From the human T2T-CHM13v2.0 reference genome, Homo sapiens: a DNA stretch of 64,000 nt. Below, in pieces: positions 17,737 to 34,804 of this stretch. Positions within the stretch are counted from its first letter, which is position 1. Every line of letters begins with the position of its first letter. A program made the translations under genes and the position numbers. The DNA lies in the NCBI RefSeq assembly GCF_009914755.1, contig NC_060936.1. One strand, given 5' to 3'. The notes beneath the pieces were generated by a model that made no database searches, was not told where the DNA came from, and saw nothing but the letters and a program-made list of their open reading frames with translations.

Positions 17737-18119
17737 TTTGTTAGTTCATTTTCTGTTGCTGTAAAGGAACAACGGAGCCTGGGTAATAAAGAAGAGAGGT
17801 TTATTTGGCTTACAGTTCTTCGGGCTGCACAAAAATGGCACCAGCATCCACTTGGCTTCTGGTGAGGCCTCAGGAAGCTTTGACTTATAGTGAAAAGTGG
17901 AGGAGGAGCAGGTGTGTCACATGGCAAGAAAGGGAGCAGAAAGAGAGATGCCAGCCTCTTTAAAACAACCAGGTCTCACATAAACAAATAGAGTAAGAAT
18001 TCCCTCATTACAAAGGGGATGACACCAAGTCATTCATGAGGAATCAGCCCAAGCATCTGTCACTAGGGGATCACATTTCAACATGAGATTTGGAGGGGAC
18101 ACACATCCAAACTATGTCA
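17737..18119 (-). mobile_element. Solo MaLR LTR (MST family)
   Basis: MST-type motifs (tggcttacagttc, cttctggtgaggcctcaggaagctt, tttcaacatgagatttggagggga, ccaaactatgtca). 5-bp TSD CCATG at 17732-17736 and 18120-18124. Confidence 0.88.
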
Positions 18120-18143
18120 CCATGCATTTCAAAATAGATTCTT

Positions 18144-18430
18144 GGCTAGGCATGGTGGCTCACGCCTGTAATCCCAGCACTTTGGGAGGCTGAGGAGAGG
18201 GGGATCGCTTGGGCCCAGGAGTTTGAGAACAGCCTGGGCAAAAAAATGAGATCCCATCTTTACAAATAAAATTAACCAGATGTGGAGGGATGCAACTATA
18301 GTCCCCGCTACTCAGGAGGCAAAGGCAGATCACCTGAGCCCAGGAGATTTGAGGCCATAGTGAGCTGTGATTGCATCACCATACTCTAGCCTGGGTGACA
18401 GAGTGAGACGCTGTCTGAAGTAAAATAAAT
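18144..18430 (+). mobile_element. Alu (AluJ-like)
   Basis: Diverged dimeric Alu. Confidence 0.85.
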
Positions 18431-19088
18431 TCATTAACTTAATTAAATAATAGAAAAATAAAGTCTCTGGTGAATGATGACACTAGACATAGTAAAGAGC
18501 AAATACAGTGGCCAAAAGTCAATTTTTCAATTTGAGAATGATTTTTCAAAGAGCATCTATTCACTAAAACCCACTCTTGCCTTTACCATGCACAATTACA
18601 CCTAAATGACCAGTGTAGTTACCAAATATTGGTGCTGTGATTCCAGATTGGCTTCTATTGGTTATAATTTAGCTAAGATCCAGCTTTTTCATGAATAAAA
18701 AAATCTGTCTCTAAATCCAGTAAGCTTAGATCACTTATCAAGTATATTATAGATCCAAATTATACTTTAGTTGGAAGATTAGATATATGACTGGTAAGGA
18801 TTCTTTCCACTATATGGGGAATATTTTAATTCATTTGTTCATGATAGATATTTAGTTAAGTCTACCATGAGCTTTTACGTGTGAAACTTAAGCTTTAATT
18901 TTTTCCAATGGTGAAATGTAGAATTGCTGGCCTTCCTCTCTAGACATTTGAGACAACACAGATTTTCATAGTTTGATACAGATAGAGCTTAAAATTTTTT
19001 ATTATAAAAAGAAAATATGCTCAGTAAGGAAATATTGGAAAATACAAGTAAGTACAAAGAGAAAGACTATTACAAGAAGCTAATCACT

Positions 19089-19397
<309 letters not shown>

Positions 19398-20167
19398 TTA
19401 CAGTTGGATGTATGTCCTCCTCTGCTTTCCTCGTTACAAACATATTTTCTAACCTGCCCCCCAAAATAGGTATCGTGTTATCCATATTACTTTAAGCCTT
19501 TCTTTTTCACCATTTATACATTATGAACATTTTCCCAGGTTTGTGGTCTTCTAAAACCACACTTTTAATGGCATGCATTGTTTAATAGCCTAGTTATACC
19601 AAAATATGCCCAATAAAACCCAAATTCCTGGGCATTTATAAGGGAAAAAAAGCACTATGGTGAATAACTCTTCACATATCACTTTGCCCACATCTCTTAT
19701 TATTTCCTTAGGATGAACTCCAGGAAGCATTATTTCTGGGCCAATGGGTATACACATTTTTAGACATTTGTCTCATATGGTCAAGTTGCCTTCCAGAAAA
19801 TTAATATCTATTTTAACTCCCATTAGTAGTATATGAGAGTTCCACCTTCCCTACAACCTCTATAGAAATGGGTATATTTCCCCCTCAAGTTCTTTTTCTA
19901 CACCCAGTACTTAAGGAATTGTGTCTTATAACTGTTTCCCTAATTGCTAATAGTGTCTGCCACATAGTCCGTGTTCAAGAAATATTTATTAAAGAGAATG
20001 AATGAATAATAAACATTCTTCTAAGCTAAACATGAAGTGGATACGGGGAAATAATAGAATGCAGAGGAAAAAAAAGGAAAACTAAACAAGGAATCAGGAG
20101 GCTGGCTCTGCTGCTAAGCTGTTGTATCACTAAGGGCAAATAATTTAACCCTGTCTGACCTCTTCTC

Positions 20168-20344
20168 AGAAATGGTTTCATGGGCATTCAACCTGAACAG
20201 CCACACAGGGCCCTGTACTCAGAGGGACCTGTGATTTACTTACTGCTCTGCTGTTGCCTTCTTGAAACCCTTAACAATTTTTGAGCAGGAAGCCCAACAT
20301 TTTCATATTGCAGTGTGCACTGCAAATGATGTAGCTGATGCTGC
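20168..20344. mobile_element. hAT MITE (MER91A-like)
   Basis: ttcatgggc...cacagggccc...cttgaaa..cttaacaatttttgagcagg...cattttcatattgca...gcaaatgatgtagctg follows the recalled MER91A consensus. Confidence 0.7.
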
Positions 20345-21123
20345 CTCTACCTTAACTGTAAAGCAAGATAGTAGAGAAAATGAGGCCAATTCATGCCAAA
20401 GCAATTTGATTCTATGAGTTTTTCCTAAATTCAACCCAAGAGGCTACGATTTAGGTACATAAACATCTCGGAACAAGTTTGAGAGCCATTCTAATTGCTT
20501 GATGAAGATTCTTCATTCTGTGAAATACTTGGCCCTTTTCTTCAACCCATCTCTATCAAGTGGTCTCCTTCAGCCATTCCTTCTAATTCTGCTTCATAAT
20601 TGCATTGGATTATAGTTACTCCTGCAGCACTGCAACCATTAACCTTTAAGTATGAAGGGACTGGAAAAGAGAAAGTTCCTTTTGATGACAAATTCTTCTG
20701 GTGTGAAAAGAAAGGCTTATCCAATACAGTTTACTATAATGAAGGTATTTTTTGAGCAGAAAAAAGAAAGACTTTGAAAGATCACTTCGAGCTTCTAAGC
20801 AAGTCATAGATAATCAGAATCTTAGTACAATGTGGTTCCTTTCTATTTTGTTTAACTGTTTGTAAAAGCAACTCATTTCCATCCCCAAATTAAGTATAAT
20901 TTCATAGGGGACAGTTCTCATATACAACATTTAAGAAGGAAACAAACCCTGCTCCAAGTTTATTCTTGAGTAATCATTTCGAAAATAAGTAATGAACTAT
21001 AGAGAAAAAAAACACAGCAAGCTGTCCAGAGATGGGAACTGCATGTAAATTACTACTAATCTCAAGATTACCTATCCTTCTTCTCTACTCTAGAAAAATG
21101 CCATCTTTATTTTAAAACATTGC

Positions 21124-21452
<329 letters not shown>

Positions 21453-21799
21453 TTTTTAAAACTTTTCTATCTGAGCAGGTCAAGCTATTTTAAGATGTTA
21501 TCTGTTTCAACACACGCAATGAAATGTGGAGGGCAAACATGCTGCCATTTTACAGAGATAGAAAGTGAAAATAATCTGCACAAAAGTTGCATGAAGCTTA
21601 GATCTTTCTGTCTAATGATCTTGGCTCCATCTTGAAATGTTTAATAAAAACTCATGGCCAACTAATGGACTGAAACAATTTGGGAAGTTTTTAATGGTTT
21701 TTTTTAGTGTTTACTCTTTAGACTTCATTATATATAGAACAAACCATATGATTTAAATCTTCTTGACAATTTTGTCTTATTCCTAATCATTATTATTAT

Positions 21800-22091
21800 T
21801 ATTGTTATTTGAGACAGAGTCTCACTTGATCAGCCAGGCTGGAGTGCAGTGGTGTGATCTCGGCTCACTTGCAACCTCTGCCGCACAGGTTCAAGCAATT
21901 CTCTTTCCTCCGCCTCCTGAATAGCTGGGATTACATGCGCCTGCCACCATGCCCAGCTAATTTTTGTATTTTTAGTAGAGACGGGGTTTCACCATCTTGG
22001 CCAGGCTGGTCTTGAACTCCTGACCTCGTGATCCACCCGCTTCGGCCTCCCAAAGTGCTGGGATTATAGGCATCAACCACCACACCCAGCC
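21800..22091 (-). mobile_element. Alu (AluS-like)
   Basis: Antisense Alu flanked by aatcattattattatta repeats. Confidence 0.9.
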
Positions 22092-22639
22092 AATCATTAT
22101 TATTATTAATAGTACTTTTCTACAGAGTATGTGTTTGGGAGAATTTTGTTAATATTGGCGTTGTTGATATTCTGAGCCTCTCACTGAGAGCTGAGTAAAC
22201 AGAATTTAATCACAATATATGTCTGTCAGTGCATAGTTGGCAAAGGTCCCTATTTGGTTCAAGTTTTCTGTCAAGTCTGCTTTCTGGTTGCAATAATATA
22301 TTTGTAATGGGTAGTCTATAAATAGAGTAAAGTAGTAGGAACATTTGGAAGGTCAACTAACTTTTGACTGTTCAAGTTAAATTATCAAAGAAGTTGAGAG
22401 TCTAATTACCAGAATGATTTAAAGCAGCTTCTGTGTTTGCCTCTCTCTCAGGAAACAAGGTAAGCAATGAGAAAATCTGGTTTATCTAAGACTTACTGAG
22501 GCATATGGCCACTTTTATGTATGTGATTTTGAATGTGTGTGTGGGGATTCATACGTTCGTTCACTCATGCAAAAAAGATTATTGAACACCTGACATGTAC
22601 CAGTAATTGTGCTAAGTCCTGGTGAACAAGATAGATATA

Positions 22640-23120
22640 TCAGATAAGACTAAGTTTCACTGAGTGGCGACTGCCCTCCAAATAGCATTAGCTTAATCAA
22701 GATAGAATTTGATTTGTCTTTAATTTGTAAGTCTGAAGGAAGCAGTCCAGAGCAGTTATGTTGGCTCTGCTGCCTGAAGTCCTTAGGGACCCAGGCTGTA
22801 TCCAGGTGTCTGCTCTGCCATTCCTAGGGTGTGGCCCTTGTCTTCATCATCCAAGACGGAGCTACACCCTTCCTATACACATTCCAAGCAGCAGGTAAGG
22901 AAGAAGGAAAGAAGCAGGACCAAGTTATTTGCCAACCATCATTTAAGGAAATTTTCCATAACCTGCCATACATTTCTGTTCTCATTTACCAGAACACAAT
23001 CCTAGGGCTCACATCTAGGTACAGGGAGCCTGGGAAATATGTATTTTGTTCAGGCATCAGTGGGTTCGTTTAAAAATAAGTGGAGGTCTAATAAGGAAGA
23101 ACTGATGTTAGCAATGTCTG
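22640..23120 (-). mobile_element. Old MaLR LTR (MLT1-type)
   Basis: Motifs agggacccaggct, tctgctctgccat, ccaaga.gg, acattccaagcagcagg, ctgggaaat. Confidence 0.6.
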
Positions 23121-25309
23121 CCATTCATTGCCCCAGACCTCTTCCTCTTGTATCTCATATCCTACCAGAACTGGAGGAGGAAGGAAGGAGGGCAGAATTA
23201 GCTTAAAATGTAATTTATGAATTTCAAGAAATACCTGTAAAGGTGATGATAGTTAACAACACAACTCAGGTGTCACTTTTTAGGAAGATTTTCCTAACCA
23301 CCTCTCCGCACAGTCAAGGATGGATGCCCTTTTTACAAGCTTTTATCTTCCATCTCGTGCAGTACCTATCATGCCATTTATTGATGATACAATAATTGTC
23401 TATTTCTCTCTTCCCAACTGTTTCTCACATCAACTTAACTATAATGGCTTCAGTTAAAACCTGAATTTATATTTCTTTGTATCTCCAGTATCTCTCGCCT
23501 AATGTATAACATACATTAGATTCACAAAAAGTGTTTATTACTTAAATTGGTTGAAAAAATTGCAAACAAAAAATCTCTACTTAAATGTCATAAAGGTTTT
23601 GTAAAGTAATAGTATAGAGAGAACTTCTCCAGCTATCAAAATATTTAGCACCAAATTTTTTGCTTATGAACATAAAAGAATCTTTTATTTCCATCAATAT
23701 TAAGACTATCATCTGATCTTCTGAACATGTTCAATATTGCTGGCAAACAGAATTACCTGCATTTTGTCAATGATGAATGTTAAGACAATTATAAATATTT
23801 TAAAATCATTCTTTTATCAAGGTTGTGAAAAAAAACTCTCATAAAATACTCTAAAAAAACACAAATAGTGAATCCTATCCACTTTATGTAAATGGTAAAG
23901 TTGGGCTCAGGGTGACAAAATTTGAAATAGAATAACACATTGACTCTCCAACCAATGTTATCTCCTCCACATAATCCTAGTGGGGCAGGCCTGAAGTGGA
24001 CAGCAAGACTTTCACCAAAACAGTTCCCACACAGCTCAATCTCTCCTCTTCCCTCTGTTACCCCACATGGCATTGTAAAAAAAACAGAAATTTAAGCTGA
24101 TATGATTCATTTTCTCAGCCCTTTTCAGTTTAAATCTGTTCACATTTCTTATTGTAGTTATTCATAACTTTTTCTTGATTTTCTTAGGTCGGACACATAT
24201 GTTCTTCAGATCAGAAATTCAACTGATAAAGATACTTCTGAATTTACAACTGCTTGGTTTTAAGAAAAATGTATCCAAGACAGAGGAGTTTGTTCAAAAG
24301 TCTCCATTTTTTCCCCTAGCACTGTACACTGTTATTTTATGATTCATTCAGTTACCAAACATTTGTTGAATACAAACTATGCACAAGGCAAATGCTATGA
24401 TAATGCGCAAATTTGCATTCGCATTAAATTTTCCTTAATTTGAGCTATAAAATACAATTAACTAAAGATATTGCATTATATATTATTATTTATATAATCC
24501 CACATGTAACTGGATCAAACATTGAATTGGAAATTGAGGGAAATTGGTTAAAATCAAATAAGTGTGTGTGTGTATAATTTTCTGTTAAAAGATATGAATT
24601 GTCAGATGGGAAAAAATTTCTTGCTTTAAGCAAGTACTGACCCAAAATATTAAATAAAAATAGTCCATTTAGAATCTACTTACAGAGTACTCATGCACTG
24701 TGTAAAATGCTAATGATGAGGGAGAAAATGAGTCTCCTTCACTCTTTCACTCATCTCTTGGGCTAAGGGCATGAGATCTGATAGCCATTGTCACTTACAG
24801 CTACACACATCTTCAGCAATTATAAATTTACACGTTTTTCCCTCCAGTTAATGTAGCTAAATTTTATTTTATCTTCTAAGTACTACACATTACTTTTATC
24901 AATACTACTTTCTCTAGGAAGAATTTGTACATAAATGAAGGACCATAGGTCCCTTAAATATATATCTATATTATATATATATAATATATATAAATATATT
25001 TATATAATGCTGAATTCCTTCTGTCCTTCAGTGTCTTACTCAAAATATCTATAAATCCTTAGTAATGTTTAAGCCAGGTAGACAGCTCTATGGAAAGCAG
25101 CTATTTTCATATACTGCTATGCTGCTCTTGGGCCCATGCCATTTTTTCTCTTCTATATGGGACAGTCTATAAAAAGCTGAACGGAGTGTTAAATCTAAGA
25201 AAGGATAGAACCATAACTCACTGGCAGGTCACAGTAATACAAGCAGAAATAAGTATCAAATATGGAGTGCTTTGTAAAATATAGAGCATTATGTAAATGT
25301 TAAGTATTA

Positions 25310-26620
25310 TTCTTCATTCACTTAAATAATGTTTATTGAATGCTAGATGATGAAGATAAATAAAATGTTTCATTTAGGAAGTTTAAGGAGGAGAAAAAGA
25401 TATAAGCTATAATATTTCAGTCGTGAAGATATGTGAGTATGGTAGAAGAAGTTATCAGATTGGTCCAAAGGAATCAGGGATGATTTCATACCAGAAGCAA
25501 CTTTTGGGCTAAGAATTTAAACATTGGTAGGCGTTCGTTACATAAACAGGTAAGAGGGCATTTTAGAGAGAGAGAGGGTAGCATGTGCAGAGGCTTGAAA
25601 GAAACTGGCTGGTTCAGAGATCAGTGGGCCATTCCATATGACTAACATGTAGGCTGGCAGGGCTTAGATCATCAGGAAGCACCTCAAATGACAAACAACA
25701 GGCTTGGGATTTTATCCTGTAAGTGTTTTGAGTCATGAGAGGATTTTAAGCAAGAAAGAACCATAATTAGATTTGCATTTTTGAAAAGATCATTTGGGTG
25801 GCAGTGATGAGTGCTCATATTAGGATGTGGAAATAAGGAAGAGAGAATCATGTGATATATTTAATGGATAGATAATACAATTTATTAACTGACTAGTTGT
25901 GGGGAAATGATTTTGAAGTTTCTGATGTGGGTATTTTGGTTGGATGCTGGTACCACATTCACTAAGAGGGTAAATGGAGTGTTGCAAGTATTTGGAGGAA
26001 AAGTGACTTGTTTTGGCATGTTGAGTTTGAAGTACTTAAGGAACATCCAGAAGTAATGTTCCAGAAGAAACATGTCTAGAAGAAAATTTGACATATGGTC
26101 TTCAACTTAGGAGACAGGTCTAGGGCGGAAACATAGATTTAGGAATTATAATCCTATTGGGCAGTAGTTCTCATACATTAGTATATGTAAGAATCACCAA
26201 AGTGCTTGTTAAATGCCAACTTCTCTGTCTAACCCTCAGAAGCTCTGGTTGAATGGGTCTGGGGAAGGGCTCAGGAATGAATTTAAATAAGCATCTCCAG
26301 TGACTCGGCTGCAGATGATTTATAGAACACACTTTGATAAATATTGCTACAAGAGCAAGAGAACTACAGGAAGTGATGCCATAAAACCAAAAAGTAGAGA
26401 GTTTCAAGGAGTAGGAGTGGTGACTATGTCAATACAGTATGAAGGTTGGAAAAGCTCAGAACTGAAATACCCCTGGACTTGGTAGCTTACAGCAGGGCAA
26501 CTGGTGACCCAGAAGAGCAGGCACAGTGAAGTGGTGAGAGCAGATAACAACTGCAGTGGGTAGAAGAGTGACTGGGGCTGGGGAAATAGACACAATGAAT
26601 GAAGCTTCACTCAGAAGGGA
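25310..26620. mobile_element. L2 LINE fragments with embedded MER5A-like MITE (~26162-26347)
   Basis: L2 motifs (ggattttaagcaag, agatttgcattt, ttttggcatgttgagtttgaag). MER5A-like agaatcacc...tgcttgttaaa...ggtctgggg...cacactttga. Confidence 0.65.
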
Positions 26621-27980
26621 ATGTCTTGTGGACAAAAGTTAAAACCTAATGTCTGAAGAAGGTGGTTCAAGCCCTAAGTCTACCACTTAATGGCTATGGC
26701 ATATAATATATATGAGGAGCCCATTTTCTTGCTTAGAACGTGCTATAATGTCTATGTTATAGAGCCCTTTATACAAGGGAAATACAAGTGTCTGTGGAAA
26801 AAAATGTGTAAATTGCTCTTCCAAACTTTTTTATTAACAAGCCATCTAAGTGGCAGAAAATCCTAAACAATTGTATAGATCAGGCATCTTACTCGTGTCT
26901 GTTCACTGTGACAAAACATCCCCAACTTCAGTCATTGGCGTGCACAGGACTTTAGAGGGAAAAAGTGTCATATTTAATGTCTTAAATAGACCTATGGCCT
27001 CACTTTCCACATGAGGATCCAGAGGTCTGAGTGGGAAGTGGAGGTTAAAAGATTTGTCTAAAGTCACACAACTAACTAATGGCAAGGCCAAGTATAAAAT
27101 TCAGCCAGACTCCTGACTCAATGTTCCCCCTCCCTACCCTGCCCCCGCTCCTGCATTATAACATATTTCTTTTCTTAATTCTCTGCTATTGGAATTTTGC
27201 TCTTTCTCTTTTATAGCAAAGAGAGGTGTAGATGATTACAGTTTCCCTGACTGAGGTAAAGAAGAGGTGTTTAATTTGAACAGGTCCAGGGGCTCAGACG
27301 CAAGCTCTTTGAAAACATTTTAAACCACCTTCTTCCTTTTATTCTCCATGCCTCCAGGCAGATGCCCTAAACTTTGTCTAGAATCCCTGCTGTAGTCAAG
27401 AGATCAGCCAGCAGCAAAATAACTAGTGCTATTACATATTTCTTTCAATCCTCCCTTTTCATAACTGAAGAGCACTCCAAAACATCAACATTAAAAGACT
27501 GTAGTTCAGGATAGACCTTGAATGGTTCATGGGACACCCTTGAAAAATAACCGTTACAGAAGATTTATAGTCTATGACAAGGACGGATATGCTACTTCCC
27601 ACACTATACTTACATTACATCTCCATCTCCCTTTCTAAGCTGCCCAAAGTAAGCCGAGTCTTTTAGTTGCTATCACCCAGCAGAATGGTAGGGACCCTAT
27701 ACAGTCTATGGTTGTTGAATGAATGAATGAAAGAAATAATTTTATTTGTATCTCCCTGTATCCAGTTCTTAACAGAAAAAAAAGCTTTAATAAATTGATT
27801 TCCAGATTTTATTTTTGTTCTCTGCCTTAGACTCTCAGTCTCCAGTCTTTCTGCCTAGATTTCCACTAAACTAATTGGATCATATATTTTGCCCTTCACT
27901 ATAGACTTCTGATGGTATGTAACACCTTACTGTTGACTAGTTAAAAGTTAGAGGAACCGTTTACAATATTCTTTATTGTC

Positions 27981-28284
27981 AGCTGGGTGTGGTGATCACA
28001 CCTGTAATCCCAGAACTTTGGGAGGCCGAAGTGGGTGGGTGCATTGCCTGAGCTTGGGAGTTCAAGACCAGTCTGAGCAACGTGATGAAACCCCATCTCT
28101 AACCAAAAATATAAAAAGTTACCTAGGCCTGGTGGTGTGCACCTGTGGTCCCAGCTATTCGGGAAGCTTAGGTGGGAGCATCACTTGGGCCTGGGAAGCG
28201 GAGGTTGCAATGAGCAGAGATCATGCCACTGCACTCCAGCCTGGGCAACAGAGTGAGACCTCATCTCAAAAAAAAGAAAAAAAA
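27981..28284 (+). mobile_element. Alu (AluJ-like)
   Basis: Diverged dimeric Alu. Confidence 0.87.
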
Positions 28285-30307
28285 TCCTTATTTTGTGAAT
28301 TAATAATGCAACATGTGATATATGAGGTATATCATGCAATAATGTTATATATGAGGTATCACAAATATATTTGGAAAGACAACCACATAAAAGTCACAAA
28401 AGTTTGTTGGTAGGTTTTAATAAACATTCATATATATACGAATGATAGATGCTTCTTAATAGTAAAAGGAATTACCTTCTCTCTCATGAGCCTCTTTCTC
28501 CATTTTCTAGAACTCATAAATTTTTCCCATTCCTTTTTAAAAAGGAAACAAATTGATTAGCTGCTTTCTCAGATGTCACCTTGTTCTTTTTCCTTTCACA
28601 TATTTTAGGAAATTTAACTTTGTGTTTTTCTTGTTATTATGTGTGTTTTTCTGCTTTGTTTGAACTATAAGCTCTTTAGAACAAGGATTTTCCTCCATAT
28701 ATGGAGCGAGTGACGTTTATTTTTAGTGTTCAGTACTTGTTAAACCTCCTCTTTTTTTGGCTGTGCTGTGATAGTCATCGGATAATGCTGCTCCAAAAGG
28801 CAGATCATGATATAAGAAATTGAATAGTCTCATAGGATGGAAATATGAAAAAAAAAAACAATAAAAAGCAGAGGTTAGATATGAGTTTATATCTGAATCA
28901 GTTATTGAAGAGGTATGGGGTGATAAAAAAGGGGATATGTTATTGGGAAATAACTCTGTTGGGAGGTAGAAGCATTGGGAAGAAAATTAAATTCAGTAAC
29001 CATTCTAGTGCTGACTCAAGGTTGCAGAGATTCTGTGATGGGAAGGGCATGATTCTTACCTCACTACAGTGAAGGAGACTCACATATACACACAACTACA
29101 AGATAAAGCAGAACTAGATAAAGACATAGTTACAGAGAGAGGGCATTCTAGAAAAATACCATTTTATTCATTAAGGATGGAAATTATTCACAGCGCCCAT
29201 CTTTCTAATATTGAGGCTGCTTTTACTGGCTCTTGGAAGTCCTAAGGGCAATTATTTCCCCAAATCAGAAGCATGCCTCTTTTTGTATATGTGTCACTAA
29301 GTTTTTTATTTACTGTTTTTCCTAAATTTGGGTGCACATTATAGAATTGTACTTAAGATTCTAGACTGCCATTTAAGCACTGTGAATGTGATTTCTTAAG
29401 ATACACGTTTTTATGAAGTGAATTTCTATTGATTTTTGAAATGTGCCTTGCAATAATAAATCTTGTAGTATCAAAAGATTTAGAGCTAAAAGGAATACCA
29501 GTACTGCATATGGTCAACTTACAGGCTTCCCAGTAGTACACAGTCAAAAAGTCAAATGCTATAGCTGGACTAACTGGTACTAGAATTGCAAAGTTATAAT
29601 CATATTAAAAGACTAACTTTAGATTTTTTATTTGCAATGACAACATAATACAAAGTCAGTAGCTCTTGATTTTCTTGCTATATTATATCCAGTGACTACT
29701 GACGCTAATGTGGAACATTTCCTGCTAGTTATTCATTGATTAAAAAAAAGGAGTCATTTTTTTTTTTTTCCAGAGACTGGGCAGGAGATAAGATGTCAAG
29801 AAGTAATAAGTAGTGAAATGAAAGAGGAGAATGCAAAGGAACCAAAAGAGAAAACATTAAAATGATGTTATTTTTTCCCCCTTGTGTATGCAGATGGACA
29901 GGAAAATTAGAGCAGTAATTGCAGACTCCTTTTCACTGAAGACAGAATGGCCTTGGGGAATCAGAGTATGGGAGAAAAAGTTCAGTGAAACTACATTCTC
30001 ATCCAGGCCCCAACTGACTTGCTGGATATGGCTTTGTCCGAGGTCATTTACCCTTTCTGTGCCTTAGTTTCCTTAACTGTTGAAAAACATTATTTACCAT
30101 TTTAAGTTACTGAGAAGATGAATGAGATCATGCTCCAGAAACACCCAAAACTGGTCACAAAATTAGGTGCTATAAGAATACTAAGTAGTACTATTATTAC
30201 TGTACTGTGCATCCTGTTGGAATGAGTCATCTTGCTGCAAAGATGCATAAGCGATTCCAAGTGTGGTAAAAGACCAGAGACAATGAGAAGAGGCAGTTTA
30301 CTCTTAG

Positions 30308-30702
<395 letters not shown>

Positions 30703-30723
30703 ACAAGACTTATTTTTTAACTA

Positions 30724-33432
<2,709 letters not shown>

Positions 33433-33578
33433 TACAGCAAGGAGGTTATACAAATATACTTTTGAAATCCTACAGCCAGTTTGAATCCAGGCTTTGGCAG
33501 TTATTACTATGACTGGGCAAACTACTGTGTTTTTAAACTTCATTTTTCCTATCTGTAAAATGGGGATTTTTTATAGAT

Positions 33579-33628
33579 TGTGTGTGTGTGTGTATATATA
33601 CACACACACACACACACATATATATATA
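33579..33628. repeat. (TG)7(TA)4(CA)9(TA)5 compound microsatellite within a MIR remnant
   Basis: Seen directly. MIR-like flanks (tttgaatccaggc, tctgtaaaatgggga, gttgtgaagatt). Confidence 0.9.
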
Positions 33629-34473
33629 GTTGTTGTGAAGATTTAAAAATGTACACCGTCACAAGGACTCCATAAAATAAGCTATTATTGTAATCTATTG
33701 GAGACAGGGCAAGTAAAAATCCACACTGATGTTAAGTGAATCTTTAAAAACAAGTACCAGAAAAAGACGAGTTTTTATTTTATAAGATATGACCTAAGGG
33801 GCCTAGGAAGAGAAAAAACTTGTTTTGTCAAGTCTAAATCCACTCATATTTCATGGGGCCACGTATCACGTCCAACCTTTGATATCTGGCACACAACAAA
33901 CAAACAGGAAAGGCCTTTCGTGTGCTTTAATAAAAACAGCTTTCCATTTTAAAACGATAAATATATTGGAAAAATCTGTTGGCTCTCCAACAGCTCTTAT
34001 AAAACAAAGCTCAGACGCTGTGTTTTTGTTGTTTGAAAGAGAGAAATCAGGGGCTTGGGCATTATTAGGCTCCCTTTGATCGCGCCCTGGGATGGGAAGC
34101 CTTCGGGCAAAGCCCTGGGGGCAGGACGCGTTTTTTTTTTTTAATCGATCCCGGAACCTTCGCGCGGCGGAGGGGGCGGGCGCGCCGCAGGGGCCCGAGG
34201 GAGGGGTCTGGGGCGCGGCGCCGCTTGCCCATCCCCCGAGCGCGCGGCGGGGCGGCCGGCCGGCGGCCGCCGGGATGCGGAGGGGCGGCGACGGGGGCCG
34301 GACCCTGCCGGGGCGGCGGGGCGGGCACCGCCCGAGGGGGTAGGGCGCGCGCGGGGGCGCGCCGGGCCGGGGAGGCGCGCTCGCTCCGCGCTCCCTTCGC
34401 TCGCTCGTTTCCTCCTCCCTCGGCAGCCGCGGCGGCAGCAGGAGAAGGCGGCGGCGGCGGCTAGGGATCAGAC

Positions 34474-34562
34474 ATGGCGGCGGATCTGAACCTGGAGTGG
34501 ATCTCCCTGCCCCGGTCCTGGACTTACGGGATCACCAGGGGCGGCCGAGTCTTCTTCATCAA
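34474..34562 (+). CDS. PLEKHA5: PLEKHA5 coding exon 1 (N-terminus and first part of WW domain 1)
   Basis: ATG at 34474 in a strong Kozak context (gacATGG). Translates MAADLNLEWISLPRSWTYGITRGGRVFFI+AA, which I recognise as the PLEKHA5 N-terminus. Donor AA|gtaaag at 34563 (phase 2). Confidence 0.96.
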
Positions 34563-34724
34563 GTAAAGAGCCGGGGACGGCACGGGGGCCCGCGGGGGCG
34601 GGAGGGCAGGAGGCGGGCGGCTGGCGACACGGGGGAGAGCCCGGGTCTGTGCTCCTGCAGCCCCTCGGCTCGCCCCCGCGTCCCCTCTCACGCTCCGTGT
34701 CTGCCCCTTCTCTCACCCCTGCAG

Positions 34725-34804
34725 CGAGGAGGCCAAGAGCACCACCTGGCTGCACCCCGTCACCGGCGAGGCGGTGGTCACCGGACACCGGCGGCAGAGC
34801 ACAG
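34725..34804 (+). CDS. PLEKHA5: PLEKHA5 coding exon 2 (end of WW1 and linker)
   Basis: Pyrimidine tract with tgcag| acceptor at 34724. 80 nt encoding (N)EEAKSTTWLHPVTGEAVVTGHRRQST(D). Donor CAG|gtaacg at 34805. Frame is continuous with exons 1 and 3. Confidence 0.96.

Noticed and set aside
34447-34461. (GGC)5 in the 5'UTR as an expansion-prone repeat
   Set aside because: Only five units, which is common in CpG-island 5'UTRs.
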